A stretch of 63,581 bases of DNA, counting the filler, from Craspedostauros australis (lineage: Eukaryota), in assembly GCA_030167865.1 (NCBI GenBank). It is 10 parts of 10 records of this genome, joined end to end, with 100 filler letters (N's around TTAATTAATTAA, not from the genome) between each part and the next. Parts side by side here need not be neighbours in the genome. Positions count along the whole stretch, not along the records: positions 31,197 to 40,192 come from JALAGF010006057.1; positions 40,293 to 47,418 come from JALAGF010006058.1; 8 more parts are not named here. One strand, written 5' to 3'. A program made the translations under genes and the position numbers. A model generated the notes under the pieces. That model was not told the DNA's origin, did no database searches, and was given only the letters and a program-made list of their open reading frames with translations. Shown one piece after another: positions 32,806 to 45,800 of the stretch (the first letter of the stretch is position 1; every line of letters begins with the position of its first letter).

Positions 32806-34269
32806 ACACGCACACGCACACAGAGAGAGAGAGAGAGAGACAGGGGTAGGATGAAACAATGCACCATCCATTGCTCCGTTGTAACTAGTTGCTTCATGGT
32901 ACTCGTATTCTACTAGGATTACACTTTGCCTTAGAGAACTTTACTCTCCATTTTCTTCATTCAAATACAATAGCGGAATAGGTGTCCTTGATTGCCATCA
33001 GGTTCACATTCAAGCCTGCTTCACATGTCCTTCTTCATGCTGGTGCAATTGGTGCCGCCGACAACATTTCGGCGGCGGCGAGGAAATCTGCGATCTTGCA
33101 TTGTGGTGTGGTGTGTTGCATTGCATTCATCCGTGTGCGATGCCTTTTCGTTTTGCAGTTTCTGTGGACGCGAGATGGTGGGCTGGATTCTCACGAGGTC
33201 TCTCGAAAATGCAAGATTTCAGTGTACTGCATCGATTGAGTGCGTACATTGCACATCAGCGCCCATGGTATACCGGAGTATCTGTGGTGCCAATACGTAT
33301 CCACGACCAAACAGTCCCACAGAACAATGTCTGCCGAACAAGCGAAAAACTTCGCCATCACATCACACTGTTCGCACAATCGTCATTCTGACCATTGGGC
33401 GCGATGATGATCGCCACACCTCTGCTCGTATTCCACACATCACAATAGGACCCCATTCAGGACAAAAAGGTAGTATCCTGCCGATTTTTTATCGGACAAC
33501 ATGACTTTTTTGTCTAACGATGTGGCGTGTTGTCCATTAGGGTCATATTTAATTAGCTAGCTTCTACGACATAAATACCTGGCTGACTTGTCTTCAGCGT
33601 GGACGAAAATGCTGACGTCAACGACGGTCGATGTCAGACCACGATGGTATCCAACGGTGTGGATGGTGATGTTGCGGCAGTTTCGGTGTTGCGTTGATTC
33701 CTCACGTTGTCGATGATTTGGCTCGGTTGCGTGTTTCCTCCGTCGCGCGTGTTGTGCAAAGCAGCACAGCGTTGGTGGTGGCACCCCTTCGTGTCAGCTG
33801 CAACAGCAACACTTGCGAATACCACACAACACAGAATTATATTATATAATGTCATGGAGCACAATGGCTTTTCTTTGGTATGCAAAATAAATAAATAACT
33901 CAGTGATTACATCATAGATGTGCCATAAGGCTATACCCTCGCCTCCATAGGCCCCGCGGGGCCATGTTTTGAGTGAGCTGTCAAGTGTCCCTTCTCAAGC
34001 CATCCCCAGCCACAACGTCACGCTCGCCTCTTGGCTTGTATTGTTCGCGATCGTCGCCGCTCTTTCACCACCGCTTGGATGGCTATCATAGAGTTCACCC
34101 ACTGTTTCATCTGTTTCTCTGTACTGTACTTGATACTGCAGCCTTCTTGGAGTAGATGTAGCTCCGATTTTTTCATGTCCTGGCTCGCACCCTGTATCAG
34201 TCTTCGTACCTGCCTACGCAAGTCCCTCGTGGCCGGGTGTTGTTCTTCATCATGCACTGTGGCGTTCCT

Positions 34270-34362
34270 GGCCATCCACACCTCCCAGGGCACTTTCTGT
34301 GGCCATCCACACCTCCCAGGGCACTTTCCGTGGCCATCCACACCTCCCAGGGCACTTTCCGT
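34270..34362. repeat. 31-bp tandem repeat x3 (GGCCATCCACACCTCCCAGGGCACTTTCYGT)
   Basis: Units at 34270, 34301 and 34332, with no gap. It frameshifts the LINE ORF2 C-terminus. Confidence 0.95.
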
Positions 34363-36179
34363 ATCCATCACACCATTTCCCAAGCCCATGCGTTTGCGTC
34401 TGGATATCGGCACTCGTGTGTCATCATCCATTGTTTCTGCTGGCTTACCCAGTCTTTGTGCAGAAGCCCTACCAGTAGTGGGTACCATCCAATGACACTT
34501 TGTGTGTCATTCGAGCCTACGTTCCTCCTCCATTTCGCCAAACCAAACCCACTCTAATGTTCCTTACCAATCGTGGGGATGTTCCACTCTCCGCCATGCG
34601 ATCCACTAGGTTCGAGGTGGCGATCGTCCATGCCTCGTGATGTTCTGGGCATTGGTACACATGCTGGTTGGTTTTGTCACACCTGCAGATCTTGCACTTG
34701 GCCAATGACATCTGTCCGGTCTGGAGCAACTTTTTGTTGACCCCAATGAATCCAGAGGCCACTTCAAAATGAACATGGTCAAGCTGCAGTTTTGCTTGGA
34801 CTGGCGCGCCGCCTTGTCCATGCACCAATCGACCTGGTCCAGCTGGTTGCTGTCCCACTGGAACTTTGAGGATCAATACTTCATCGCCAAGGCAGACTGA
34901 AGGAGCTCATTCATCGCACCTGGGTCCACGNGTGAGTGGTTGTCTTTGCAAAGCTGGAGTCGCTGCCTGTTGGTGTCAGTGGACCAGGTTCGCACGTAGG
35001 GTCTCTGACAGGTTTCTTCCCAGAATTGCTTGGCTTTCTTGTCGGCCTCCATGTTGAGCTGCTCCATCACTGTCAGCTGTTTGCCAGTGGCATCTTGGTG
35101 CCCCTTCACCCATTCCCACTTCAGCAAAGCCAGGATCTGCCATTGGATCCTCCTGATTTCTGTGAGAACATCCCAGTCCTTTTGGCTTGGTAGCAAGTTG
35201 TCCTCCTGTGCTTGCAAGAGCGCCTGCTTGCCGTCCAGGGCAATGNNNNNNNNNNNNNNNNNNNNNNNNNNNNNNNNNNNNNNNNNNNNNNNNNNGGAAT
35301 CTCCGAGACGATTGCAAGGGACGCCCATATCCCAGCTAACTCACTTCCATAGGCACTGTGAACTTCTGGGGCCCCAGAATGAACGTTTGGCAGTACATGT
35401 GCTGCTGGTATTTGACGTCAAACGCAATCGATACTGATGTCCCTTGCCTGTCTTTGGACGACCCGTCGCTCACCATCAAAAGTCTGTTGTGGCTTGCTGC
35501 CCTCATCGCCTTGTGGAGCACCATGTCCCCCACTAGGTTTTCAATCAGATCATATGCGGCAGTGGGCTCGTCAGGAGGCTTTGTGAGCCCAACATGCCCG
35601 TCCCATTCAATTCCGCGTTCTGTGGAAACCACAGAGACTCTCTGGGCGTTCGCTGGAGCTTCAGCCACTGTCGCGATTTGGGTGTACTGCTTCCTTTGGG
35701 CCCGGCTTCATCAATATAGTCGATACCATAGAATTGGAGAGGCAGCCAGGTCCAAGATGTCATCTTGATATGGCTCCTTCCACCATCGCCACGAGCTGTC
35801 GTCGCAGTGCCACTTGCCCAATGGTCAGTGTAGCATTATTCCTTGGTACCATATCGATCTGCACCACTGTTGCCACTCCTTCCACCAACCACTTGGTAAT
35901 CTCTGTGGTTGCTTCGCCCATCATCTTGGTATGATGGACGCCCGTATTCCTTCGTGCGCCTCTGACAAGATCCTGGTACCTTCAACTGACATGATGTCTG
36001 ACAATCACAACACCCCTAGTTTTTTATTCACATGCTCAGGTGGTAGAGCTGCGCCCCCATCACCCCCTGCCAGATCCAGATATCCATCAGAAAGGAGCCA
36101 CCTTCACGCTGCATTTGGCTGGACGTCGTTGTTTCGCACACCTCAATGCTGGTACCCTGTAGTTGACCCCACAGACCAG

Positions 36180-36969
36180 TGTTGGAAATCCGGGGTTATA
36201 GATATAGTCTAATGCTTATTAAACTGTACCGTTTTAGAACTGTGAGAACAACACACTCATTTCTCAAANNNNNNNNNNNNNNNNNNNNNNNNNNNNNNNN
36301 NNNNNNNNNNNNNNNNNNNNNNNNNNNNNNNNNNNNNNNTCTCTCCGTCATGTCCATTTCATTGCTCATGACAAGTGCATTTCATCATGCTCAGCTGTTG
36401 AGAGATCAGTCTACACTCCTGAGGTGCATGCATGCTGATGCTCAATTCATTCTCTTCTCATCAGACATCCATCACTCATTCAGTGCACTCTTCCATGTTG
36501 TTCACTCACTCTTCTCACATGTTCACCAACAATCACACTTGCTCAGAACATGGAGTTCTGGCACGATCGGTCCAGTCCTTCGATGCTGTTCCAGTCCGCG
36601 CTTTGTTCTCCTTTGCTGGTTCTCTGTCAGTCACGTAATCATGTTCTGGGTTCCGAGCAACTCAACCGTGATAGCGTTTTTGCATAGATGTTTCAGGTTA
36701 ACCGGTCAACCCTCATGCTTGGAACACTTTGGTGTTCCGGTCTCCCTTTCACATCCATTGTTCGCCATACCAGTTCGTCAATCCACTCAAACCATGTCTC
36801 ACGATTAGTCTGTCCGTCGTCCGTCATACTCTTGACGCACAGAGGAGGAGGTCCACAATAGACTTGGGAGCGTGTCCGACTTTGATAGATCGGTGAGTCT
36901 AATTTTGGTATTATGGGAGGTGTGGCAATCTAGGATAATACGACATAGTTGCACCCTCGATTCCTGACA
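36180..36969 (-). mobile_element. Solo-LTR-like insert, family B, 6-bp TSD GACCAG
   Basis: TGTTGGAAATCCGGGG..CCCTCGATTCCTGACA flanked by GACCAG at 36174-36179 and 36970-36975. It lies between the LINE RT and RNase H regions. Confidence 0.9.
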
Positions 36970-39900
36970 GACCAGCAATCCAGAATTTGGTTGTGCAATG
37001 TCCGAGCCAAGCATACGAGTATTGGAATAGGGAACTCCCTACCCCTAGCTCCTCCTTGAGCGCTTNCACCAAGCACTTGACCATCTTNCNGGTCTGGGCC
37101 NCNGATGAACCTCATCGAAAGCCAGCTGAATCTGAGCCATCAGCTGGGAATTGGCAGGACTTACAATGCCCAATCCTCCAAGGGATTTCGTGCTGTACAC
37201 CAGATGTCTTGGCTGGGTTCACGAGCAGCCCATCTTTGGCAGGGACACTAGTAGCGCCGGTGCCATGATGTATCGCCACTGCGTCTGGGTGAGCTGGACT
37301 AGCGGCAAGGCGTACGCAATTGCTTTCATGAATCTCAGTGTAAGCGCCAATCTTGCGTCCTCTGGGGAGATCTGCGCAGTACGCATCCTTCCTCCGACGT
37401 CTTTGGCTTTCTTTCACAACCGCCTCACTTGCTCCCTGTTGTCTCTGTCAAACTCAATGAGCACGCTCAGGGTGAACAGCGGCTGATCCATTGTCTTGTT
37501 GGGGATCTCCGCTCTTGTACCTTGTCCTTCGTCGATGCGAATACTGGTGGTGGCCTTGGCATCGCGCCGTTCCCATTTATTGGTGTTGAACTCCGGTTGG
37601 ATGGCCCACCATGCTGGCTTCTCTGGTACCAGCGCTCCTCCTGTAACTTGCAGCAGTTGGCTCAAATCCTGGACTGTCTGTTTCAAGGCTTCGGTATCGG
37701 CACCATCGTGCTCCCGTTGCTCGAGTCGAATCAGGTTGGTATCATCAACAAACGCCGAGCCTAGCACTGGTATAAACTCTCCCGGTAGATTGGACAAGGC
37801 CAACATGTGGCCCAGTCTTGTCATGGCCTTAAACATGACAGAGCTGATACCAGCCCAGATTGCAGGGCCTGCCCCATTGTCTTGTCCAATGCCATGCATG
37901 TCACAGTCAGTGCCTTATTGTAGCACCTGCTGGACACTCCGTATGCAGTGCTGATGTGGTGTCTGGCATCGCGTATGGTTTTGAACATGCTCCTTGTAGC
38001 CGATCCGTTCGCACCCGCGGCCATCATCGCCGCAGCCGCAAAGTTGGGTATGATCCTGTTGTAACATGACTTTGCATCATTGGAACAGAACACTTCCTTC
38101 TGTTGGAATCCGAGGACAATGGTGAGCTGCTTGCTCAGTGCAATACTCATCGCCAATCTGCGCTTTCGACTCCCTAACTGAAAGCCCGATAGCCAGCCGG
38201 CCTTCTCCGCCGTCTGCATCATCTGTTTGCCGAGCCGCTTGTTGTTCAGGTTGAACTGCGCGTCCATGAGCTGTATCGTACGCAATTTTCAATGTTGAAC
38301 ACTTGCGCCTTCTTGAGAATTTCCACATCGGTAACGCGTTGCCACGGTGTTGGGGAATGCCCGGTCTGGTATGGGGCCTCCTTCAGCATTGTATCCATGT
38401 GGGCCAGTGCCTGAACCGTTGCAGCAGCCTTGCAATGATCAAAATGGGGACAGCTCAGCTCTGAATTGGCGAGCTCCGTCTGCTTTTTCCAGGCCTTCGA
38501 ATGCTCCATTACAGTGAGTTCCGACTTGTCCTGCACAATAGACTCAAGGGACTCCAACAGAACCCTGATCATGGGGTCAATTGTCTCTGGTATGGGTGCC
38601 TCTGTCTCAACGAGCTGTCGTCCAAGTTCTGGTATCCATATATGGTCCATGAGTTGCTTGCCCTGGCCAATCATACAGGGGGCGCTGTTGGCCTGGGAGA
38701 ACCTCTTCTTGTTTTCCCGGATGCACGCTGTGACTATCTTGTACTGCTCATTACATTCATGCAGCTGTCCTTTGTTGTCCATTAACAGAACTTTGGTGGT
38801 CATCAATTTGCCTTGCCCGAACGCCATTCTGAGGCAGCTGGCTTGCTCTTGCTGCTTCTCCCTGTTCAGGAGCATTTGTAGAGAGTCTTTGTACTCCTGT
38901 TCGTTCGAGTCATGTCGTTGTCTCGCCATCCGCACCAGGTGGTCTTGCTTCGCTTGCTTGTGTCCCTTTTTCTGCATGTAGTAGGCTTTGTATGCTTCAG
39001 AGCATATTTGCTGTGCATGTTGGAGATTCATGCCTTCCTAGAGGCCTACCCGCTTTCTGGCTTGCCGCCAAAGAGAGGAGTTCACTTTCACACCCAGGAG
39101 ATGCTTCACCTCAAGTGACCAGTGTTGAATCACGTCCTGAGAGCGTTGTATCTCTGGTGACCATGCAACTTCCCCAATTTTCAACTTTCTGCACCCTTTC
39201 TCCGCAAGCTGCCTGATCTGGTTCGTTTGTTCCAGGAGCTTGTTGAACTGGAGGCGCTGCTCTTGTGTCATGGTCCATCCTTGGGCCTTTGCTGTTGCCA
39301 ATAATTCCTCCACGCATCTGTGTATGTTGTGTTTGCTGTATTCTTCGAAAAGAGCGTGATCCAGCTTTTTGCTGCAAAATAAATGGTAGTTTGGAAATCA
39401 GTCCCCGCGCTTCCACCTGTCATTTGGGATGGAAGATGAAAAAGGTGCGATTGCGGTCGGACTTGTCTGTATCCACTGACATGAACAATGTGTAGTCTGG
39501 GTCTTCGAAAGGCCAAAGATTCATGATGACCTCGCGCAGAGTGAGTCTTCATATCAGCACTTCCACATCCAACTGCATGATAGAGTACATGCCCTCTGTC
39601 ACCATTTTCTGTTCGAATGCGACCTGATGCGCTACCATTGAACTCAAGTTCGCGAGTTCCAAGGGTAGGTGATAGAACTGTTGGTCAAGAGCGTCCAGCA
39701 TGAACCTCATCTGTTTTCCAAGAAGGAGTACTGTGTCTGCACAGTTGTTGAACATGTCTTTCATCACGACATGGCAGGATCTGGGCTTTGACTTGCTGCA
39801 CATTATGTGGGTGGCTCTTGGCCAGTTGTGGTAGCCATCCAATTCGGATCGTTGTCCTCTCTTCTTCACCAGTTGAATCTTATGGATGTGAAGTTGAACT

Positions 39901-40292
39901 ACGCATTGGTTCTTCACAACCTCATGCTCATTNATTCCTTCTNCCAAATCCTCCATATTCATGGTGCTGTGGCTGCCAAACAGCCAGCCTGCTGCCACAA
40001 TGTTGTGTTCCTGAATGTCAGACTTCCTGAAAGCCATCGCAGCTGTTACTAGTGTTCCATCATCCTCAAAAGTGTCGAGCTCCTGTTTGTGGCCAACCCA
40101 AATGAATATGTAGGTTATGAATCCTGTTCTTGCATAGAGACTCTCTACGAATTGCTTCAGCATCTCACAGCTGGTCCATGCAACGTCCGCGGNNNNNNNN
40201 NNNNNNNNNNNNNNNNNNNNNNNNNNNNNNNNNNNNTTAATTAATTAANNNNNNNNNNNNNNNNNNNNNNNNNNNNNNNNNNNNNNNNNNNN

Positions 40293-42045
40293 TATTTTGG
40301 AAGTCATGTTGGTTTGCTGTGTTTTGTGTGGTCGATTCGAAAAAATTGTTGATGCCACAATGTTGCCCTCCAATGAGCACACATGATCATCATCATCATC
40401 CTTGTATTTCGGCAAACTGAGCATATCATTAGCTCTGCATACCCCCCAGCTATCCGATCCATGAAGCATTGCCCCAGATACCTGCATTGCACACCCCAAA
40501 GTTTCTCTGCACTGAAAACGAGCAATTTCGAAAACCCATTCGCAATCCGGATGTGGTGCGGATGAGGGTCCATATCTCATCCATACGACCCTTTCATCCC
40601 CTCCACATGCCCCTCGTGCATTCCCACACTCTATGGCGACACGCGGATGCATCCAGAATGGGCTGGGCATGCATGCCACTGATGGCACACCTCTGTATGG
40701 TGATGTCATGGCACATTCTCATGCGCCCGCCAACAACGACCATTCACCACATATTCTTGGCCGTGGCCTCTTCCAGACAACTTCAACAGGTCGTACTTCG
40801 CCACGCCCACATTCGGCCAATTTCTGACACATCTTGTATGGGCGGCTTGGTGATTGGGTGGCTTGATGATGGTGCCCCTCACAGCCAAAGCCACATGATG
40901 NGNANCCCCACGATCCACCGCCAAAACTTTTGCCCTCCACGTTTGCCTCCGCGCGGACACCTTCCCGGTCGTCCCCGAGCCTCAAACTTCGTGGGAGCCT
41001 TGGTCCTGCCCTTGTGGATGCGCCTTGCCCCTCCATGGGCGCTGGTATGGGCTGTGTATGGAATACACATGCCACATCCAACGAGCCCATTTGGCGTCAA
41101 AACATGACGTTTGCGCGGGGGCCTGCCACGGCCCCAAATCAACCGCTATCGCAACCCCCTCTCGCCCACCCACCAAGGGTTGCATGGCGGAGATAGTGAT
41201 GCGCTTGGATTTNNNNNNNNNNNNNNNNNNNNNNNNNNNNNNNNNNNNNNNNNNNNNNNNNNNNNNNNNNNNNNNNNNNNNNNNNNNNNNNNNNNNNNNN
41301 NNNNNNNNNNNNNNNNNNNNNNNNNNNNNNNNNNNNNNNNNNNTTACCAATAATTGTACCAAATGCACGAGGAAAGCACGACACAAAACACTTCGAGAGT
41401 ACCAACCCCACTCAACCATCCCGTAACAACGAAACACATATGACGATGTTTCACATCGTGCTGTGATTGGTGGTTCATGACGCAGCCGCTAGTTTGGTGA
41501 CGTCGATGACGGATTGGACACGCCCATGACGGAATGAATGAAAACGCGCACCCACCGCTTCTCCCAAAACTCTACAACTAGTGTTATCGTGGACGGACTG
41601 TTGGATCGTCTCATNNNNNNNNNNNNNNNNNNNNNNNNNNNNNNNNNNNNNNNNNNNNNNNNNNAATGAAAACGCGCACCCACCGCTTCTCCCAAAACTC
41701 TACAACTAGTGTTATCGTGGACGGACTGTTGGATCGTCTCATCAACACGCCTCAAAAAGAGACTAAACAATTCAAAATGGGAACAACCTTGCTGAAACAA
41801 AGAACAGCAAAGGGTTAAATTGGATCGATGTAGTCGTAGCCAACAGGCCGAAACCCGAAAGAGATCGAATAATGCACACATCCATCGGTCCATAAAACTT
41901 AAAATACGACCATCCTCAGAACTAAAATGGATCAGTATATGTTTTAGATCTACGAGGATTATGAATATGGGCTTAGTTTGGAAATCCGAGGAAAAAAGGT
42001 TGTACTGATGATTGCAAAGTGCAGGTCGACTCACTGATCGGGCTC
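40293..42045 (-). mobile_element. GAGCCC-terminus repeat, copy 2 (homology to copy 1 covers ~40.9-42.05 kb)
   Basis: Reverse complement reads TTAA|GAGCCCGATCAGTGAGTCGACCTGCAC. Homologous to 4275-5305 and 58523-58690. Extension to 40293 is assumed. Confidence 0.7.
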
Positions 42046-42880
42046 TTAAGGATTGTTTGCGAACTCTGTGCAGTACGCCATTTGTGACAGTGACGACGCA
42101 TGTGGCTTCTGGTGTACTTTCGATTGACAGGCGCATGTCTGTTTTGCTCATGACATGTCGCGTCAGCCACACGCGACAACCAAAAGGAGAAGGAACAACA
42201 CACCTCCGAAAGAGAAGCCAGGAAACAAATTGGCAAACGAAGCGCAAACGACGCTTCTGCACCCGTGAGTTTGTGTGTGTTCGCATGTGTTCTTCTGGAC
42301 GGATGCTTCCGCTCTCCTCGCACGAGGTATGTATGCCTCCTTGTGAGCACAGTAGCAACACATCCTCGACTGAAATGATGAAAAGCCCGCCTTCAAATCC
42401 CCAACAGAAACGCACTTGGATCGTGACACCGGCACCCACAGCGTCCGTCTCCGCCCAATCTTTCCATCCCTGCTTCGTCTTCATCTTTTTGTGTGCCATC
42501 ATTTCTCACACAATACCATGAGTGCCCACGCAGCATACACGCGACACAAACACAACCATTGGTGCCATCAACGTTGCCGTTACCAAAACCGGCAGTATCA
42601 GAACAAGTGGAGAGAGGACGAGACAAAGAGAGAAAGGACAGAGGAAAGAAACAACCAGTCCATTGACACCATTCACATCGAACAATCGTGGAGAGTGAAG
42701 TGGTTTTGAGAGAAACAAGTCTTCTCGGCAGTCACCTCGGCAGTCACCTCAGCAGTCGCCTCTGCGGTCAACCCAACAGTCGCAAACACCACCAACATCG
42801 TCATCCGCAACTCCATCCACAACTCCATCCACAACTCCATCCATAACTAGCAACAGCAACGTTAGCAACAGCAAGCTACC

Positions 42881-45800
42881 ATGACGCAAGCGCATGGCGA
42901 AGTGACCGTGCCTGGCATGACCGCCATCATCAGCAGCAGCAACAGCGACGGCAGCAACTGCGAGAGCGAGGCCGATGGTGAGAGCCTCGGCCAACCTCTG
43001 AGCGTTCACGACAACGAGCGTGAGTTCTACGGCGACATCTTCCGCGGCGATGTCTTCTCCAACCTCAAGAGCGACGCATCGGCTCCGCTGTGCGCTCCTC
43101 CCAGCGGCATTGCCACCATCGAGGAGGAACCTACCCCTGACAGCAGCATTGATGACAGCGTGGGGCAGGTGGAATCATCGGCCGTGGAGCCACCGTCTTC
43201 TGTTCCTACTCCCGCTTCTACTCCTGCTTCTAGTTTGAGTTCCGCTTCAGCCCCAGTCACATCTCCATCGGCATCGGCATCTACTGCCAAGACTGAAGGC
43301 AGGCGTAGATCTACGAGTGGAGCCAAGGGTGGAGCCAAAGGGGGAGCCAAAGGGACGGCCAAGGACGCATCTGCGCCCAAACCACCAACGGAGACAGGCC
43401 AGCAGTTCTTCGGACGCAAGGCAGAGCTCACAGAGCTGCGCAGGATCAGAGAGCGCATCATCCTCCAGACCCAGCGACCCACGACGGGACGGGCGAACTC
43501 CCTCTTCGACGACTTCGACTTCCTGGATTGCGACTCCATGGACAGCTCATCGGTCCCGATTTCCATCTACCCGGCCGTCATGGTCTGGGGCACCAGCGGA
43601 ACGGGCAAGTCCAGGATGATCAACCACTTCTTCGATTCGGTCTGCTGCACCTGCGGCGCCAGACGAGCCGCGCGTCCCAAGCGGCTGTCATCGGGAGACG
43701 GCGATATGTCGGACTCCGGCAGGTCCGCCCGCAGCGTGCACTCCAGGACGGATCACCGCCATCATCTCAGGAGCTGCTCCTGCTGCTACGTCTTACGCGG
43801 CAAGTACGACGAGACCACGGGTAGAGGCAACCCATTCTCCGCCATCGTCCAGGCCCTCACCGACTTCGCTGGACAGCTGCGCAGCGGCCCCACAGAGGAG
43901 CTCGATCGTATCCGCGCTTCGATCCGCGATACCTTCAACAACGGCGACAGCGCTCGCGGCCGCACCAACGCCAACGCAAGCTCGGGCAACGACTTGAACT
44001 TCTACTCCGCCATGTCCGCGCTGGCCACGGTCGTGCCGGCCCTGTCCATCCTCATGTCGCGTGGGAAGTTCGGTTCCGGGTCGACCGTCTACTCCATGAA
44101 GTCCAACCTCACGAATCAGAACGTCGTGCCGGACGATAGCAGGAAGAGGGGAAGCCGGCTTTCCGGGTCCCTCGAGGATCACGATGGCCACTCGGTCTCC
44201 TCCCATTCGGCCTCCCTCTCCACCTTCCTAGGCAGCCTCGCCGGCGGTGGTTCATCGCCCTCCAACGACACCAGGAACATGTGGAATCGCCTGCAGTACA
44301 CCTTCATCCAGCTCATGAAGGCGATCTCCACGTCCAAGAAGCCGGTCTACCTCTTCCTCGACGATCTCCAGTGGTCCACATCTGCAGGCATGGAGCTTTT
44401 GGCCACGCTGGTCGCCGATTCCGATCTGCAGCACTTCATGTTCCTCGGTTCCATCCGTCAGGAGATGGACCCGCACTCCAACGAGGCGGTGGAGCTGCCC
44501 ATGAATGTCCCGCTGCGAACGCACTTCATGGATCGTCTGGCCAGCAACGGTGACGACAAGGGCCGTGCAGTGCCAACACCAGGCTCCAGGACCAAGCAGC
44601 TCGAGCAGATCACGATCGGCAATCTTTGCTTTGCCGATGCCGTCGAGCATCTCTCCCTCCTGCTGGGTCGATCCACGGACGACAAGGACCTCAAGATCCT
44701 CACCAAGAAGATCTACGAAAAGACCCACGGCAACCTCCTCTTCACCATGCAGGCCGTCGAGGAGCTCAAGCGCCAGGACATCCTCACCTACAACCGTCTT
44801 TCCTCCAGATGGGAATGGCATCTGCAGCGCCAACCAAGCAGCGACGACACGTCGGATACTGCGACCAACGCCACGGATTACGCCGACCTCCCGATCAGCG
44901 ACAACATCGTCTCGCTCGTCGAATCGCAGCTGCGTCAGGCACCACACGACATGCGCCTCGTCCTGGTGATCGCCGCCTACATCCGATCCAACTTCGATGC
45001 CCACACCGTGCATCTCGTGCTGGAGCATGAGCAGAATCACGCCGATTGCATCGTCGTCAATGATGATGACAACCCCAGGGTTGCTGACCGCGGCAACATC
45101 ACTTCGATCCCAGAAGATGATCCCTCCGTGTCGCAATGGGATCAATCCAGGGTGGTGCGCGTGCTGGAGCAGGCCGTCCTGGAAGGGCTGCTGACCAATT
45201 CCATCGGTGATGAGCAATTCCACTTCGCGCACGACCGTATCCAGCAGGCGGCGTTCGGGCTCGTCCCGTACGGCGAAGTGCGTGACAAGCTCCGGCTCAG
45301 GGTGGGCCATTGTCTGTTGGACATGCAGCGCCGGGCGATCCTCCTGGCGGAAGATCAGCAAGCTCCCGCCGACGATGCTGCTACTATGGACGGTAACGAC
45401 GCAAGCAAGAAGAAGAACAAGAACAAGGCCAAGACCAACGACGTCATTCAGGACAATGCGACAGTGAAAACCGACACCGGTGAGGACATCTTTCTGGACG
45501 AGGACCTCTTTGCGGAGGAGGACGTCGGCCTCCTTTTCGTGGCGGCCGATCATCTCAACAGCGTCGCCACCAAGGATCACATGTTCTCCGCTGTCATGAA
45601 CCTGGAGGTCGGCGAGAGAGCCCTTCAGATGGCGTCGTCGCAATCCGCCGCGCTGTACCTCCGCAAGGCCAGCGATGCAATGAAGCTGGTTCGCAATCCA
45701 TGGGAGGAGCACTACGAGGTTTCCATCCGCTTGTACAGAGCGAGATGTGACGCGGAGCTATCCATGGCCAACTTCGAGGTCGGGTACGCATTGGGCAACG

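Larger units (their letters stand above)
33884..40192 (-). mobile_element. Degenerate non-LTR retrotransposon (Ambal-like LINE with RT and RNase H), internally deleted
   Basis: Frameshifted fragments: ORF1 (GWLFGSH), CRKLKIGEVAWSP, RT CSNDAKSCYNRI / GIGQDNGAGP / AFVDDT, RNase H VSDGS / DWDV / WVKGHQD / LNMEADKKAK, and C-terminal CKIC..HVYQC. A 3' palindrome and (TATT)n tail lie at 33884-33963. Confidence 0.85.

Noticed and set aside
34270..34362. 31-bp repeats as a mini CRISPR array
   Set aside because: Units are directly adjacent with no spacers, lie within LINE ORF2 in a eukaryote, and no cas genes are present.
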